A stretch of 64,000 nt of DNA from Lytechinus pictus (taxonomy: Eukaryota): positions 1,364,001 to 1,428,000 of the forward strand of contig NC_087256.1 in NCBI RefSeq assembly GCF_037042905.1, read 5' to 3'. Positions within the stretch are counted from its first letter, which is position 1. The number at the start of each line of letters is the position of its first letter. A model generated the notes under the pieces. That model saw only the letters and a program-made list of their open reading frames with translations, ran no database searches and was not told the DNA's origin. Shown here one piece after another: positions 34,801 through 48,225 of the stretch. The position numbers were made by a program, and so were the translations under genes.

Positions 34801-36782
34801 TTGTCAGCAAGACATTCAACAGACTCAAAAGACAACGAAACATTGTGAAAAGCCTTGAAGGTTCATTCAGATTGGAAGAAAGGAGATGCATTTAATTTAT
34901 TGACCACAAGAACAATGTCACCCCTGTGTTGAACCTGTGATAAGAATAACATTATTCAGTGAGTTAACCCATTGCTCTATTCATTTTGCAAGAAGAAAGG
35001 GAATGTATTTACACATTGGCCATCAGAACCATTTCATCTCTATTTTTAGACTGTTCAGGAATAAGACAATTCATTCTTGGGGGGGGGGGGTTAATGAGCA
35101 TTTTCTCAAGGAAATTCACCACTATTTTCAGTGCTATATTTGTATATTGTAAAGAGGATATTTTTTCTGATGAAAAGTGTTAAATCTGCATTGGTTGATG
35201 TCATGAGAATGTGTTAATCATGATTATTTGGGGTCGTAAGGTAGAAATCAAAGGGTGCAAAGGTCACTATTTACCTGAAATTATTTTGTTCTTGTGAATT
35301 TAAAGAATCGTTAAAGGGACCAATTTTAAACTTAACTCCTTTACGCATATGACTGTGATGTCATTACATTTGGGGATCATAAGGTGAAAAGTCAAGAGGT
35401 CTACATCCTGAAATATCTCATTCTTGTGATAATTGAACCATTTAAGGGATCAACTTTAGACTTGACTGAGGATGATCTCATTAGATTTTGGGATTTACAA
35501 TTTCCTAGGTCACAGATGACATTACATACATTCAATTATCTTGTTCTTGCAATAACCTATAAACTTGATCATATTAAAAAATGGCTCATGTGGGCATATG
35601 GGAGTATTAGTGATCTGATTAGACTTTATTTTATACATTTTTTTTGTGGCTGTTTATTGTGCTCTTTCCTCATACTTGAATGTGCAGAAAAACTTTTTCC
35701 CACTACAGATATGAATAATCTGTAGTATTTGATTTGAGTGTCAAATGAACTGATGAATTGAAATTGTACTGTTTAGAATTTGTATCACAATTAGCTATCT
35801 GTAGGTACACCTGAAATTTATACTGGGGACTTTTTTCATAAAATTTGTTATCATAACAACATATTTGCAAAAAAAAAAGGTTTCAAGCTACCAAAATCAT
35901 TCAATTTTATTGGCTGATAGTGAACTTGTTATGGACATTGTGCATTTGTTATTATGCAAGTCTTTATGAAATGGGAGCCAGAGTTTGAATTAAACGCCAA
36001 GTTCAGAATACAGGCCCTTATTTGGAATCACTGTTGATGAATAAGTATGGTATCTCAAAAGATGCAGACACATCCAGGAATCTTTAAAATAGACCGTTCT
36101 ATGAACACAGTCAAAATGTAAATTGAAAAATGAAGATTCTTTCCTTTGAGTGGATTATAGAGTACAGAGACAGGGTATTCAATTGATTTTTTAAAAAGAT
36201 TTCATATTAATTCTTGCACACTTCAAAAAGATAATTCAAATTATGGAAGAATTAACACCATCTGGAGATCAGTTCTCTTATATCACTCGTGTGTGCACCG
36301 CTTCTGATCAAGTGAGTGAAGGTGGCATTTATTTTGTTATTTGATCAATGGATTTGTTGTTCTAATATTAGCAAACAATTATGCACGACCACCAGAGGAT
36401 ATGTTTGGAACTATGGTTGTCGAAGTGACGCCGGAATGCTACTATTTTCCTGAGCGGTGCAGCCCTGAAGGGAAATGGTTGTATTCGCGTCACTGAGGGG
36501 ATTTTAGTTTCACCAGACGATGAAAGGCCATATATATTTGGTTTATATCTGTCATAGGTATTGAATACATTAGATAGGAAATATAATTGAATGAATGCTG
36601 GTAATCCAGTTTTAGAGTGAGAAGTTATTAATAAGATTTGACAAAGGTGATCGATCACTGTGTTTACGCACATTGTTATCAAATAGAAATCTATGTAGTT
36701 TGATTTAAGTCCCGCCCATCAAGCTGTAAATAGTTGTTGTTCTATTTACAGCCCAGCTATTTTTCCCCGCTTGTGACATCAG

Positions 36783-37097
36783 GGGAACGTTTCATAAAAG
36801 GACTTGTCAAATGTTTATCTGACAAGTACTGTTATATCTGACAGTTACTATGGTAACAGTGCCTCTCAGCCAGTCATAATCAAGGGAAGTTGTCAGACCT
36901 GACAACTTGTTGGACGAAAATGTTGTTGAAACACTCCCCAGAGGAGCGTTTCATGAAAGGACTTGTCGGACGTTTATCCGACAAGCCCTGTTTTATCTGA
37001 CAGTTACCTTAGTAACAGTGACTATCAGGCAACCAGAATCAAGAGAAGTTGTCAGATTTGACAACTTGTCAGACAGAAATGTTGATGAAATGCTGCC
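36783..37097. mobile_element. Tandem dimer of a ~156-bp Harbinger-like MITE
   Basis: CAG|copy 1 36783-36938|CAG|copy 2 36942-37097|CAG; ggagcgtttcatgaa...ttgatgaaatgct. Confidence 0.8.
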
Positions 37098-37483
37098 CAG
37101 ATGTCAGGGTTCATGCCATTTTGTCCCAAGTTTGTGATGTGGTTGGAATTATCTTTGGTCACCTGACAGGGTTTAGACCAATCACATGTTCAGATTATTA
37201 TGATTGATATAATACCTTGTAGCATCACTGAAGAAAATGAATATTATACCCTCCATTCACTTGGTTCCAGGATGTCATCACTGTACAAAAAGTGCAGATT
37301 TAAATCTAATTTGTGCTCTCCTACCTGTAATTTGATATAATGAAGTTTATCCGTAATTGATATTAATTCATGTCTTTAATGTAGGCCACCTATTTTCTCT
37401 TTGAAATATATTTTTTGATGATTGTTGAAGGTTGCTGGAAAAGATTTTATAATTACATGTGGTGATGGTGGTGATATTTTTTT

Positions 37484-37677
37484 TAACCTGATTGCTAAGA
37501 AAGCATGAATCCTTGTAAGCAAGCAACCAGAAGACCGACGGCTTAAGGTCCTCTCAGAGGGACCTGGTAATGAAGATTAATGCCTTACCAAAGGGCACTA
37601 GCACACCAAGTGGGAATCGAACCTGGGTCACCGGAATCTGAAAATCCCCGCTCTACCGACTGAGCTATTGCACCTCC
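37484..37677 (-). mobile_element. tRNA-derived SINE, near full length
   Basis: Minus strand begins GGAGGTGCAATAGCTCAGTCGGTAGAGCG (A-box)...GGTTCGATTCC (B-box), followed by a non-tRNA body shared with the 14596 and 60899 copies. Confidence 0.88.
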
Positions 37678-39924
37678 ATGTACATCATTAATAGGGATGC
37701 AAAGTACTACAACTTGTACTTGCTGCCCCTTACATATTGGACCAATACTGCATTTGTAATGGAATTCTAATGACTTTTTCACAGCCAATCCATTTTTATT
37801 CACATTGATCTTGGTCGAATCTTTGTTTTAAAAAGTGTTTTTGTTAATACATTGAATTAAGTCTTTGAGTTTATGATCATACAGATCAGGTAATGGTGTA
37901 AGCATAAATAATGAGTGCATGCAGTTGAGAATCCGTCAAGTTTCCTCCAATAATGTAAAGCTTAGTTTGATTTCTCAATGAACATGAAATTGAACAATTT
38001 TACCCTTTAATTTTCAAAATCTGTCTGATTCATACATTGGTTTCATCTTTTGATTAGGAGTTATTTGGAAGGATTTCACCTTTTCAGCAAATTTGTTACT
38101 AAAACGTTTATATCACTGTTAGATGTTGTACACAACCCCCATGCTGTTAAAATAAAGTCTTACTCTGAGCTTTATTGCCAATACATTAATACATTCCGCA
38201 GAGCATACTGTAAAACAATCTGTTATTAGTGTGTGAAATATATACCCATAATATTGAATAGAGAATGTTTTTATGAGAAAAAATAAGGAAATAAATAAAT
38301 GTTAATTCTTCATGATACTTTTTTTTTATTTTTGTTTCCCAAATAATTTGGTTGCTATAGAAACTGGGGAATAATGAACAATTGGGCTGTACTCAGAATC
38401 ATACTCTCTTTCATTGTGAGAAACCCTTTACAACTTTTTCTTATTTTCTAAGCCTCAGAAATCATTCACTCTGATGTACTGTTTGATTCATTATAATGTC
38501 CCTGTAAAATATATGATGTAAAGTGTATATCATGCAATATAATATATTGACTATTATTAAAATTCAGTATTTTGTTTTATATGTCATTCTATAGCTTGAA
38601 CGTGAAGTTACCTAGCCAACCTCATTAAGTTGATTTGAAGGAAAGCTGTGAAGAAAAAAAAAGAAACAAGTGAATGAAAGTTTTGACTAGTTTGGCTGAA
38701 CTGTTAATAGAAATTTTATGAATGTTTGAAAACAGAACTAAAAAGAACTAAGCCTGTGTTACATCTGAATATTGCTGGCCCGGGGCCCGGCCCAAGTCAT
38801 GTTGCAACCTTGTCGTGAATTAAGGTGGATTAGGTTCGTGATAGGACCTCGTCCATTAATACCTTTTTACATCACAGCACATTCATCCCCCCCCCCCCCC
38901 CATTGGTCAAAGAAATGTATGTCATTCCCGAAGTCTGTTTCAAATTCCTGACAACTTTCAGTTAGTCTTGAGTGCACAGACCCAAATTTAAAAGTTGATA
39001 AACTTTTTTTTCAAACATGGATAAACTTGACTATTGAAACTATTGATTACCTAATTTAGTCAAACTTTGACTGAGGTTTTTTTTTGTATTTCTCTGTTTT
39101 AAAGCACATTCCATGTTTTTATAAAAGTAAGAACTGTACTGTTAAAGTTTTGAATAAACCAGACTCATAGGAAAGCTACAATTTTGGAAAATATCAGATG
39201 AAAATCTCCACATTTCTACATTTTATTGAATTTAAGTCCTCAGAAAACTCCCAAGTGATATCGATACAAAAGTATGGTGCATGAAACAAATAAAATAACC
39301 AATTACATTTGATTTGGTACTAGCAAGAAAGGAAACATCTTTATTATTTCAAACTAGATTTGATTAGATTCTTAATGAATCCCTTCTGATGAGATGGCAG
39401 TGCTAAGATTATCTGGAATAAAGATAGCTTATATATAGAGATGGAAATTCTTGGTTTCAGTTCCTTGAATGATTTCAGTTAAAAGGAAGAAGAAAAATAT
39501 ATATATATATACTTGCCCACCCCCCCCCCCCTTGAAAAATATTATGTGTACATATTATTTCTAAAACAAATCATCTGCAGTTGTGGAGAGTTTATCCAAT
39601 TTCATGTATATTTTTTTCTTTCCAAAAACTCCATATGAGCATTGCTGTATCATTCCTCTAAAGGAAGAGATCTTTCCACTATGGAAAATTATTTGCTTCA
39701 TTCTATTTATTGAAGTAAGTTGGTAAATTTCCTTTTTCTCTGTCAAAATGATATTGATGTTTTCAAGAGATAAGTTCCAAATGACATTATGATCACAAGA
39801 TTTCATAATTCACAGCTCCCTTATCTGTTAGATCTTGTTTATTTGCTCCTCTGATATTGTCATATTTCTTTGTTTTGTTTGCAAATGAGGTTGGATTTCT
39901 CTTTAAATGGCCCTGAGATTGATC

Positions 39925-40222
39925 ATGATCATTATCATAGTGATAATGACTGTAATGATGATTAAAAGTGATGATGATGATGATGATTAAAAGTGATGAT
40001 GGTGATTATGATGATGATGATGATAATTGTAATGATGATGATGATTACAAGTGATGATGATTAAAAGTGATGATGATGATGATAATGATGTTGACTGTAA
40101 TGATGATGATGATTACTAGTGATGATGAGGATGATGATTAAAAGTGATGATGATGGTGATGATGATGATGATTAAAAGTGATGATGGTGATGATGATGAT
40201 GAGGAGGATGATGATGATGGTG
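39925..40222. repeat. Compound (GAT)n microsatellite with recurring gattaaaagt interruptions
   Basis: Directly visible. Confidence 0.9.
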
Positions 40223-40439
40223 ACCACAAATTATATGAGAAATGCCATGATTACATTTACATACGATAATAAAAGAAGATGTTTCAGGATCAGGAACACT
40301 GTTAGCAAAGTTATACGCTATGCACAAACAAAATATTTAAACTTTAAATTTCAACTTTTTAAAGGAAATATGAAAAGAGATGGAGTATGATAAATCAGTT
40401 ACTTGGAAAGTCCAAGAAGAATGTACTTTTATACATTAA

Positions 40440-41054
40440 AGGTCAAGTCCACCCTAGAAAAATGTTGATTTGAATAAGTAGAGAAAAATCAAACAAACAA
40501 CACTGAAAATTCCATCAAAATCTGATGTAAAATAAAAAAGTTATGGCATTTTGAAGTTTCGCTAATTTTTCACAAAACAGTGATATGCACAACTCAGTGA
40601 CATGCAAATGGCAGGGGCAAATGGGACAGTCGATGATGCCCATCACTCACTATTTCTTTTGTTTTTTATTGTTTGAATTATACAATATTTCATCTTTTTA
40701 TATATTTGACAATAAGGACCAACTTGACTGAACCATATAATATTCAACAATGCTAATTCCACATGTTTAGGGAGGAACTAATCGTTGTTTCCCTTGATAA
40801 TGAGGAGAAAATTCGAAAATTTCATATATCATATAATAAAATACAAAAGAAATAGTGAGTGGATGATGTCATCGGTCTCCTCATTTGCATACCGACCAGG
40901 ATGTGCATATAATTGTTTTGTGAAATTAAGCGAAACTTTAAAATGTCATAACTTTCATATTTTACATCCGATTTTGATGAGATTTTCAGTGTTATGCTTG
41001 TTGGATTTTTCTCTTTTTATTCAAATCAACTTTTTGTTGGGTTGGACTTGTCCT
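40440..41054. mobile_element. TTAA-flanked non-autonomous DNA transposon (Kolobok-like)
   Basis: TTAA|AGGTCAAGTCCACCC...GGGTTGGACTTGTCCT; close copy at 53621-54210. Confidence 0.85.
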
Positions 41055-41269
41055 CAAAATGGTTAAGATCTACATGATGAAAAGAATATTGCTTATATCA
41101 ATTTAATACATATTTTGTACATTTGGGAATGCCTATAGCTAACTCCATTCAAAGTAATGACAATTATCTGGATTTTTTGTCTGTAAGATGTAATGACTAT
41201 TAGTTTTTCAAACCAATAAAAGAAACTGGAAATATTAACAATTGTTAAAGGCATGAATTCATCTAGTAG

Positions 41270-42610
41270 AAGTGGCATTGATTAAATCAGTCCTACTCTT
41301 GTGAAAAAAACATGGTATTGTCAAACCTTTATCACTCACAACTGGAATAGTTCCTTAGAAATTGAAAATAGCCAAAATTACACCAGTATACAAAAAAGAA
41401 GTTCATGACACATCAAACCTTATCTGTTCTTCCTTTTTTTTGCTAAAATATTACAAAGATTAGTCTATAGTAGAGTTTAGGAATTTTTACTAACAAATAA
41501 AATATTAAATTAATATCAATAAGGCTTTTTGAAAAAAAAATCTACTGAAGTGGCACTAATTGACTTACATGATTACATTTTTAATTCTTTAAAACTAAAT
41601 TTCATACTATTGGTGTCTCCCTTGTTCTCAATAAAGCATTTGATTCAATAGATCATTCAATTTTGTTACATGAATTAAATTTTAATGGATATACCTTATT
41701 CTTGGTTTAAAAGAGATCAAATTCAAGTTATTTCATATAATGATGTCATTTCAGATTCCCTTCAATATATTCATTTGGAATTTCTCAGGATTAATCCTTG
41801 GTCCAATTGAAATTCATATTGTTTGATGATGACACCCATATCTTGTATTCAACTGACAATACTTTATCATTGTCAACTAATTTGAATTATGAATTGTGAA
41901 AGGTATCTAGATGGTTTATATAGACAAATCAGATTATACATTATTTCAGCCTTCAAAACAGAAACAAAAAAATAGCTCTTTGCAAAACATGATGATTAAA
42001 ATCAATAATACTCAAATTGAATGAGTAAATTATACAAAATTTCTTGATATTTACATCGACCATGATTTATCTTGGAATACTTACATCTCTTTTTGTCAGA
42101 AAGAAGCTATCACAGAACATCATCAACAAGCTATGCTACATGCCAAAGCCACAAATTATATTACATATTGTACAGAACTTTAGTCTTGCCCTTTTTATCT
42201 TATTGTAAAATTGTATGGGTTAATTATTCTTCTAAATTAGAAGTACTGTTGCTAAAGAGAGTTGTGAAATAGCATCTTGCACATACAAAACCTTTGTTTG
42301 AGGATTTAGAATATTGAACATTTATAAATCAAATAATTACTGTAAGATATATCTTTTTAAACATAGGTTAGGAATACTACCTTATAACTTATGTAACATG
42401 TCAGAATTAAATTGTACAGTACATAGTTATAATACCAGAAAAAAAATGAAGTATCATTTATGCTATCACGAAACAATATAAAATGCACCCTTCTTTTAGA
42501 TACAAAGCTCTGTCGGTAATGGAATTCTCTGCCATCAGATATAAGTTATATAAAAACTATGAATTTATTTATACAAAAACTTAAAAATATCTTATTTCCA
42601 ATTACTCATA
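41270..42610 (+). mobile_element. Decayed CR1-group LINE reverse transcriptase fragment
   Basis: Frameshifted, stop-ridden RT motifs: TGIVP*KLKIAKITPVYKK, STEVALIDLHDY, KAFDSIDHSILL, ILGP, DDT, LYRTLVLPFLSYCKIVW, WNSLP. Confidence 0.8.
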
Positions 42611-43109
42611 AGTGTGAACAATGATTCATGTCGTCTATAAGGTCAGCCACTATGACTGATTAACCTACTATAGGTAATTCAGCTTGGCGTTTACCAGCAA
42701 AAATGCTGTCCTGCCGAGTTCCTACTGGAGTTACCATAAACAGAAACAAACAGATCTATTTTCCACATTGTTTAGGATTGTGCTGTTTTTTATGTCTTAT
42801 CATGTTAAATTGTTATGGGTTTTTTCTTCATATTTTAGGTTATTTGTTGTTTTTGCTGTTTTTATGCCATCAAACTATTTTGCTATTTATTCTCAGTTAT
42901 CATTTTCCTATACTGCATTATATAATGTTGTGGTGGCTGTCAAGACAAACCCTCTACAGTTTAATACAGCAGCCATTTTCATTTTTAATCGTGTAATTTT
43001 ATATTTTATTAGGCCTTATCATTGTATCTGGTATGGTTATCAAGATATACTGTATAAAACAGGTCCTTTAGATGTAACTTAGAATGGAATAAAATCAATT
43101 GAATTGAAA

Positions 43110-43218
43110 TGATGATGACGATGATGATCAATGATGATGATGATGATAATGATGATGATGATGATAATGATGATGATGATGATGATAATGATGATGATGA
43201 TGATAATGATGATGATTA
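43110..43218. repeat. (GAT)n microsatellite
   Basis: Directly visible. Confidence 0.92.
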
Positions 43219-43242
43219 TAGTTTGTACATGGAGATGGTTAA

Positions 43243-43826
43243 AGGAGAATGAAACCCTTGAAACCAGCTGAATCCATATCAAAGAGAAAAATCAAAGAAA
43301 CATATTGTTGAAAGTTTGAGGAAGATTGAATGAATAATAAGAAAGTTATGAGCATTTGAATATTGAGATCACTAATGCCATGTAGATCCTCCAATTGGCA
43401 ATGCGACCAAGATCTGTGATGTCACACACGTACAACTCCCTCATTACTTTAGTACTTATTTCACTTATATTCTCACTTTTATAGAGTCTATCACAAGGTG
43501 AGGTGTTCTCTTTATGAGAGGACAAGTACAGAGGTTTCACAACATTATATCATTGATGAATCGTTTGTCATATGATTAGAATGAGCAAAAAGAGATGTTT
43601 TGGGGTATATTTTCAGTGTCCAAAAGGGGAGAGTTGTTCATCTGTGACATCATAGATCTTGGTCGCATTGCCAATGAGAGGATCTCCATAGCATTAGTGA
43701 TCTCGACATTCAAATGCTCATAACTCTTCTATTGCTAGTCCTATTTTACTCAAACTTTTGTTGATCTTATTCTTTGATTTTTCTGCTTTCACAAAAGCTA
43801 ACTTGCTCCAAGAGTTTCATTCTCCT
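43243..43826. mobile_element. TTAA-flanked non-autonomous DNA transposon (Kolobok-like) with long imperfect TIRs
   Basis: TTAA|AGGAGAATGAAAC...GTTTCATTCTCCT|TTAA; internal arms pair (caatgcgaccaagatct / agatcttggtcgcattg). Confidence 0.85.
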
Positions 43827-44419
43827 TTAAATGAGTTTAAGATATAATGATAGTGATATCTGTTTGTGATAGCGGCATACCATTTTAACATTTTGATATA
43901 CTGTAGCATATAGGCCTATTTCTGTTTTTCAACAGAACATTTTATCGGTTTTTTTTCACATGTAAAAAAAAAATGGTAAAATATGCCCCCCCCCCCCAAA
44001 AAAAAAAGTATAGACTATATAAGGACTTGCAAGCAATTAATGGCACATACCGGTACACAATTGCGCTTTTCTGTTTTATACTCTGCTGGTGTAAAATTCA
44101 CCGTAATGTGAATTTCATGCCATTTTAATGAGGAATTAAAATGGCAATGCATGCAAGATCAACACCCCAAGCTATATTATCAGGCCCACTTATAGTCTGT
44201 CAGTGGGGTTACCTGATATGCATAGGCGGGCCTAATGAAAGAAAAAGGCATTCTACTCATTTTAGTTGGAAATGGTAACATTTGAATGGAATGATTTACT
44301 TATAAAGTAATTTCAATGAACCCAATTGAATTAATACACACTGATGGGCATCTAAAATAATAATTCAACATTTATTTGAGACATATCCCCATATCATTTA
44401 CAAATTGCAAGCTGTGTAG

Positions 44420-44780
44420 GCCTACAGGTTGGTTTGAGCCTTCCGATCTCATGCCGAAAGGGAAATGGTATTTCCGAATGCCCTCGTAAATTCGGAATCA
44501 AATTGAACAGCCAATTGAACGCTTGGTAAATTCGCGCCGCTTCGACTCGACTATTTCCGTGAACACTCGTGAGGCTCGTTTACCTTTATTCCCTCGATCC
44601 TCAAGCCAAACTGATTTCTCTAGGCCTACAGACTGCATGTATATTTTCTGCGCGCGTAAATTGTGTACAGGCCAGCTAGCTAGCTGTATGCGATTTACAC
44701 ACACGTTTTCTCATAGACCTGACACGAAAAGCCGCTGCCCCCGTGTTTTAAATGGGGATTCTGTCGGAAGGTTAGTGAAA
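44420..44780 (+). promoter_or_regulatory. Candidate NSD promoter / non-coding first exon
   Basis: Local CpG-rich patch ending in the donor-like GAAG|gttagt at 44770; the ATG exon has an acceptor at 48133, so an upstream UTR exon is expected. A second candidate lies at ~46870-47010 (ccggaagt ETS-like site, gtaag donors). Confidence 0.4.
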
Positions 44781-45833
44781 TTATAGCATTTTAGGAAGCT
44801 TCATTTTATGAAATAAGTTATTTCTTGAATTCGAAAATTATGGGACTATATGTTTATGAATTTAATGTTTATTATGACGTTCTGAATATCTTAATTTTTA
44901 ATTTTATATGCCTGATTCTGACATCTCTCTCATCCTCTGATGTGAATCACATCACAATTTTTTTCCAAATAAATGTGAATGTCAAGTCATGTTTGTGATT
45001 AAATAGTAAGAACAGTGCCTATTTTTATTGCAAGCCAAAAAACATTTAAATAGATAAGACACTCCTATGATTACCTTATTAATGGCAAATTATTTAGGCT
45101 GAATATGTCTACAGTTTTAACTTCATTAGTTAATAGTTTATCTGATGTTTTGTCGGGACTGCACTTGATGATGGAATTAAAAATTTATTTTGATTGTGAA
45201 CTGGATTATGATGAGTGATTATCGAAGACGTTGTTGACAGTTGTGACCTGGCAGGAGTCCGAGTTCGATGTGTGTCAAATTAGGGTAGTGGTTGTATGAA
45301 TTTGTGTAGTCGAGATTTATGCGCAGCATTTTTACACTAAAATTCCTGATCCAATGCATATGACTTGAGTTGAGCAAAGTATGTCATGTAATGTATGTCA
45401 GGCCCACTCACGCTTATGCGAGGTTAGTATACTAACCTCACACCATGAACCGCATTTGGCAGTGGATTTCTAACTAGTGGATCGCACGTGCTGCGACTTC
45501 TGGTGTCCACGACTTCTATGGCTTGATTTTTCTGTGCGCGGCGGCATGTAATGAACCCTGGCTTGAGTGTGTTAGGCCTATGGCAAGTCTGCGCAGTCCC
45601 CCCTGTCTGTGCACAAGCATATCTGCGCGATTGTAGAAAAAGAAGATAGGCAACTAACACAGACTTTACACATGCATTACTGACAGATATTCATTATAAG
45701 ATTTGACTCAAAATGGTGGAAAAATAATGAATTTGGGGCATTTCATGTGACACATGTGTGATGGCCTCAAAATGTGGCCTTTCTCGTAAAAATCCCTGAA
45801 TCGTTTGCAAAGTGAATGGGTGCACAGACATGG

Positions 45834-46315
45834 GGTATAGTGAGTGATTGTATTACCGACCGGCCTTGTATTACCGAACGCGCGCATCATACGCATCAGA
45901 AAATAATTTTACGCTCAAAATTTTGCAACATCCTTCCAAAGAGAACTTGAATAGAAAGATGATGAAAAATTGTAAAAAACCCATTTTCAAAGTCTTAATA
46001 TTCTTTAAATAATAAAATATGGTCAAAATAGCTCATCAGTGATTTTGTTGTTTTCTCAACTTTTCCCATAGATAACACACGTTCGGTAATATGATACCTT
46101 TTTCAAGTGACCCAAATATTTCACATGCGAAGAGGGATCCAATTGGAAGCTAATATCGTAAAAAGGAAAAACGATTTCGGCAAAATTTTTACATATTGAT
46201 ATTTTGTAGGTAATTGTGTATTTATGGTGAAAGTTTGGTGAATTTCATGAGAATAATGTGTTTGATATGATTGAATTCATGAAAAGTGTTCGGTAATACG
46301 ATCCACTACCATACC
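45834..46315. mobile_element. Non-autonomous TIR element
   Basis: ggtatagtgagtgattgtattaccga pairs with tcggtaatacgatccactaccatacc; internal gtattaccga repeats. Confidence 0.65.
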
Positions 46316-47426
46316 ATTTTTTTTTTAATCTGAAAATGACTGCCCAAGGTTTTTTCAAAGAAAATCCTATATTTTCTCACAAATATTTATGAGATATTTG
46401 GTACACTTACTAAATAAGGAACATTAATTGAAAGATTTTGTGAAATAAAAAGAAATTCATGTTGAATCTAAACTCAAATTGTTAGGTGCGCAGACTTGGG
46501 GACCACCATCACAAAGAACACTGTTTTAATATACAAGGCAAAGCACTACTAAAACCTGGCTTAATCTTTGCGTTTAATGGTGTGTATCCCTGCATTAGCC
46601 AAAAAAGCAATACATGCAGCAACTGTTTAGTTGCAATTACACCTTTGCATAATGGGCAAGACTTCCATATGTCCCCTCCACTATAATTGAAAAAAAATAT
46701 GGAGGTTTATCAAGAATAATCTAACATATATCTGAGAGATTTAAGAAGGAAAAGTTGGATACATACCAAAATATGGCTTTATTCCGTCAAAATTTTGAGT
46801 GTGTAATTCTCAATGGCATCGGTTTATTTAGTCAGAAAAATAAATACCCAATACTCTTGGAGAGTAGACTAGTCGTTATATCTGTTGTTAACCGTTATGA
46901 AACCCATGGCTTTCAACAATTCCTGCTAGCTCAGTAAGTAAGGCGACAGACTGGAGATGCCTCGTTCTGCAGCGAGAGGTGCGAATCCAAGTTCCAACCG
47001 GAAGTAAGAAGAAGAAAAAATAGAATGAAAGAAGTGGGTTTTGGAGAAGTATTTTTTTTAATTAGTGGAGGCGGAGACATAAGGAAGTCTTTCTGTCTAA
47101 TGCATTGCCTAATGCACTCGTACAAAGTTGAACGCAGTAAAATGAGGTAGGCCCTAATGCAGCAGAGGTGATTTGAGATAAATCGAGCACTAACGCTGTG
47201 TAGCCTATACTTAAGCTGCTCTTTGTTGCTTGCCCTTGCGCGTCCTTGCATTTGCTTGTTCAGATCATGAATATATTTGCTCCTATTTTATGAAGTTTGG
47301 GTGCATTCAGTTGTGGATGTTCAAACTACTGAGCTAAAACATGAGGCCTCTGCGTTAAACTGTGTATTGACCTTGTATTAGTATTAGCTTGTTCATTGCA
47401 TTGTGTTGTGGTTCTTTGCGTCGGGG

Positions 47427-47600
47427 TAAAAGGGGGAGGGCTGGGGGTGATTTTGCCCCCCAAAAGTTCAAAATAGCCCTGGAAGCTAAAAGGAGTCCTG
47501 GAAAAAATTGTCATTCGTTGCATTGTTAAAGCTTATCCAATGTTGCAGATTATCATTAAGGCAATAAGTTGTGAAAAGTAGCCCCCGTAAATAAAAAATA
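47427..47600 (+). repeat. Interspersed repeat fragment (second copy at ~52572-52685)
   Basis: Shared ggggtgattttgcccc...gccctggaa...tgtgaaaagtagcccccg. Confidence 0.6.
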
Positions 47601-48225
47601 TTTTTTGTCTGGCCTGTGTTAAGGGCTACAGGCAATTCTCAGCTGAACGCAAGCCCAAAACGCAAAGGTGTGAGCCAGACTTGAGACGGTAAATTGCCAA
47701 CTTGTTCTCATTACATGGTGTACCTTCATTTCATTTCACAACCATCTTGTTCAATAACCATTTCATCCAATGATCAATTTGTCTAATCACCAGTTAGTCA
47801 AATGCCCATTGTCTTTTCATTCTTTACCCCCAATTAAGACTTACTCAAATTAGACCAAATGGAACATATCTTTCATTTGAATGGCCATGGCTCTAGAGGG
47901 GGGGGTGCAACAAGCAATTCAGTAGAGATCTATGTCACTATCACCCTGCCATATTGAGTTTCTTATGTTTCTGAATCTTTGTGATAGATCTTGAGGAATT
48001 TTAGGAGCGGTTTGGGCTTTTTTGGGGGGGGGGTGAGGGTGGAGGGATTAACAGCAATGGGGAGTAAACTCGGGCATATGATGGAATTGTGGAATTCAAA
48101 TTTGTAGTAAATTATCTTTTGTCTCCCTTGCAGAATACATGTCAGCATTGATCAGAGAACCAAACCAACTACACACAAACAAGGATAGCAGTGATCAGTA
48201 GGATACAAGGCTTGGAGAGAAAAGG

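Noticed and set aside
37600-37677. tRNA gene-like sequence (also 10881-10955)
   Set aside because: A/B boxes are present but run into SINE bodies repeated elsewhere in the window, and the cloverleaf is imperfect; these are SINE heads.
38595-39146. Possible additional TTAA-type transposon (also fragments at ~31540-32010)
   Set aside because: Family-like internal motifs are present, but termini and TSD are too decayed to delimit.
43079-43282. Poly-Ile ORF (also poly-Met at 40178 and His/Ile-rich ORFs at 63280-63716)
   Set aside because: Translation artefacts of (GAT)n microsatellites.
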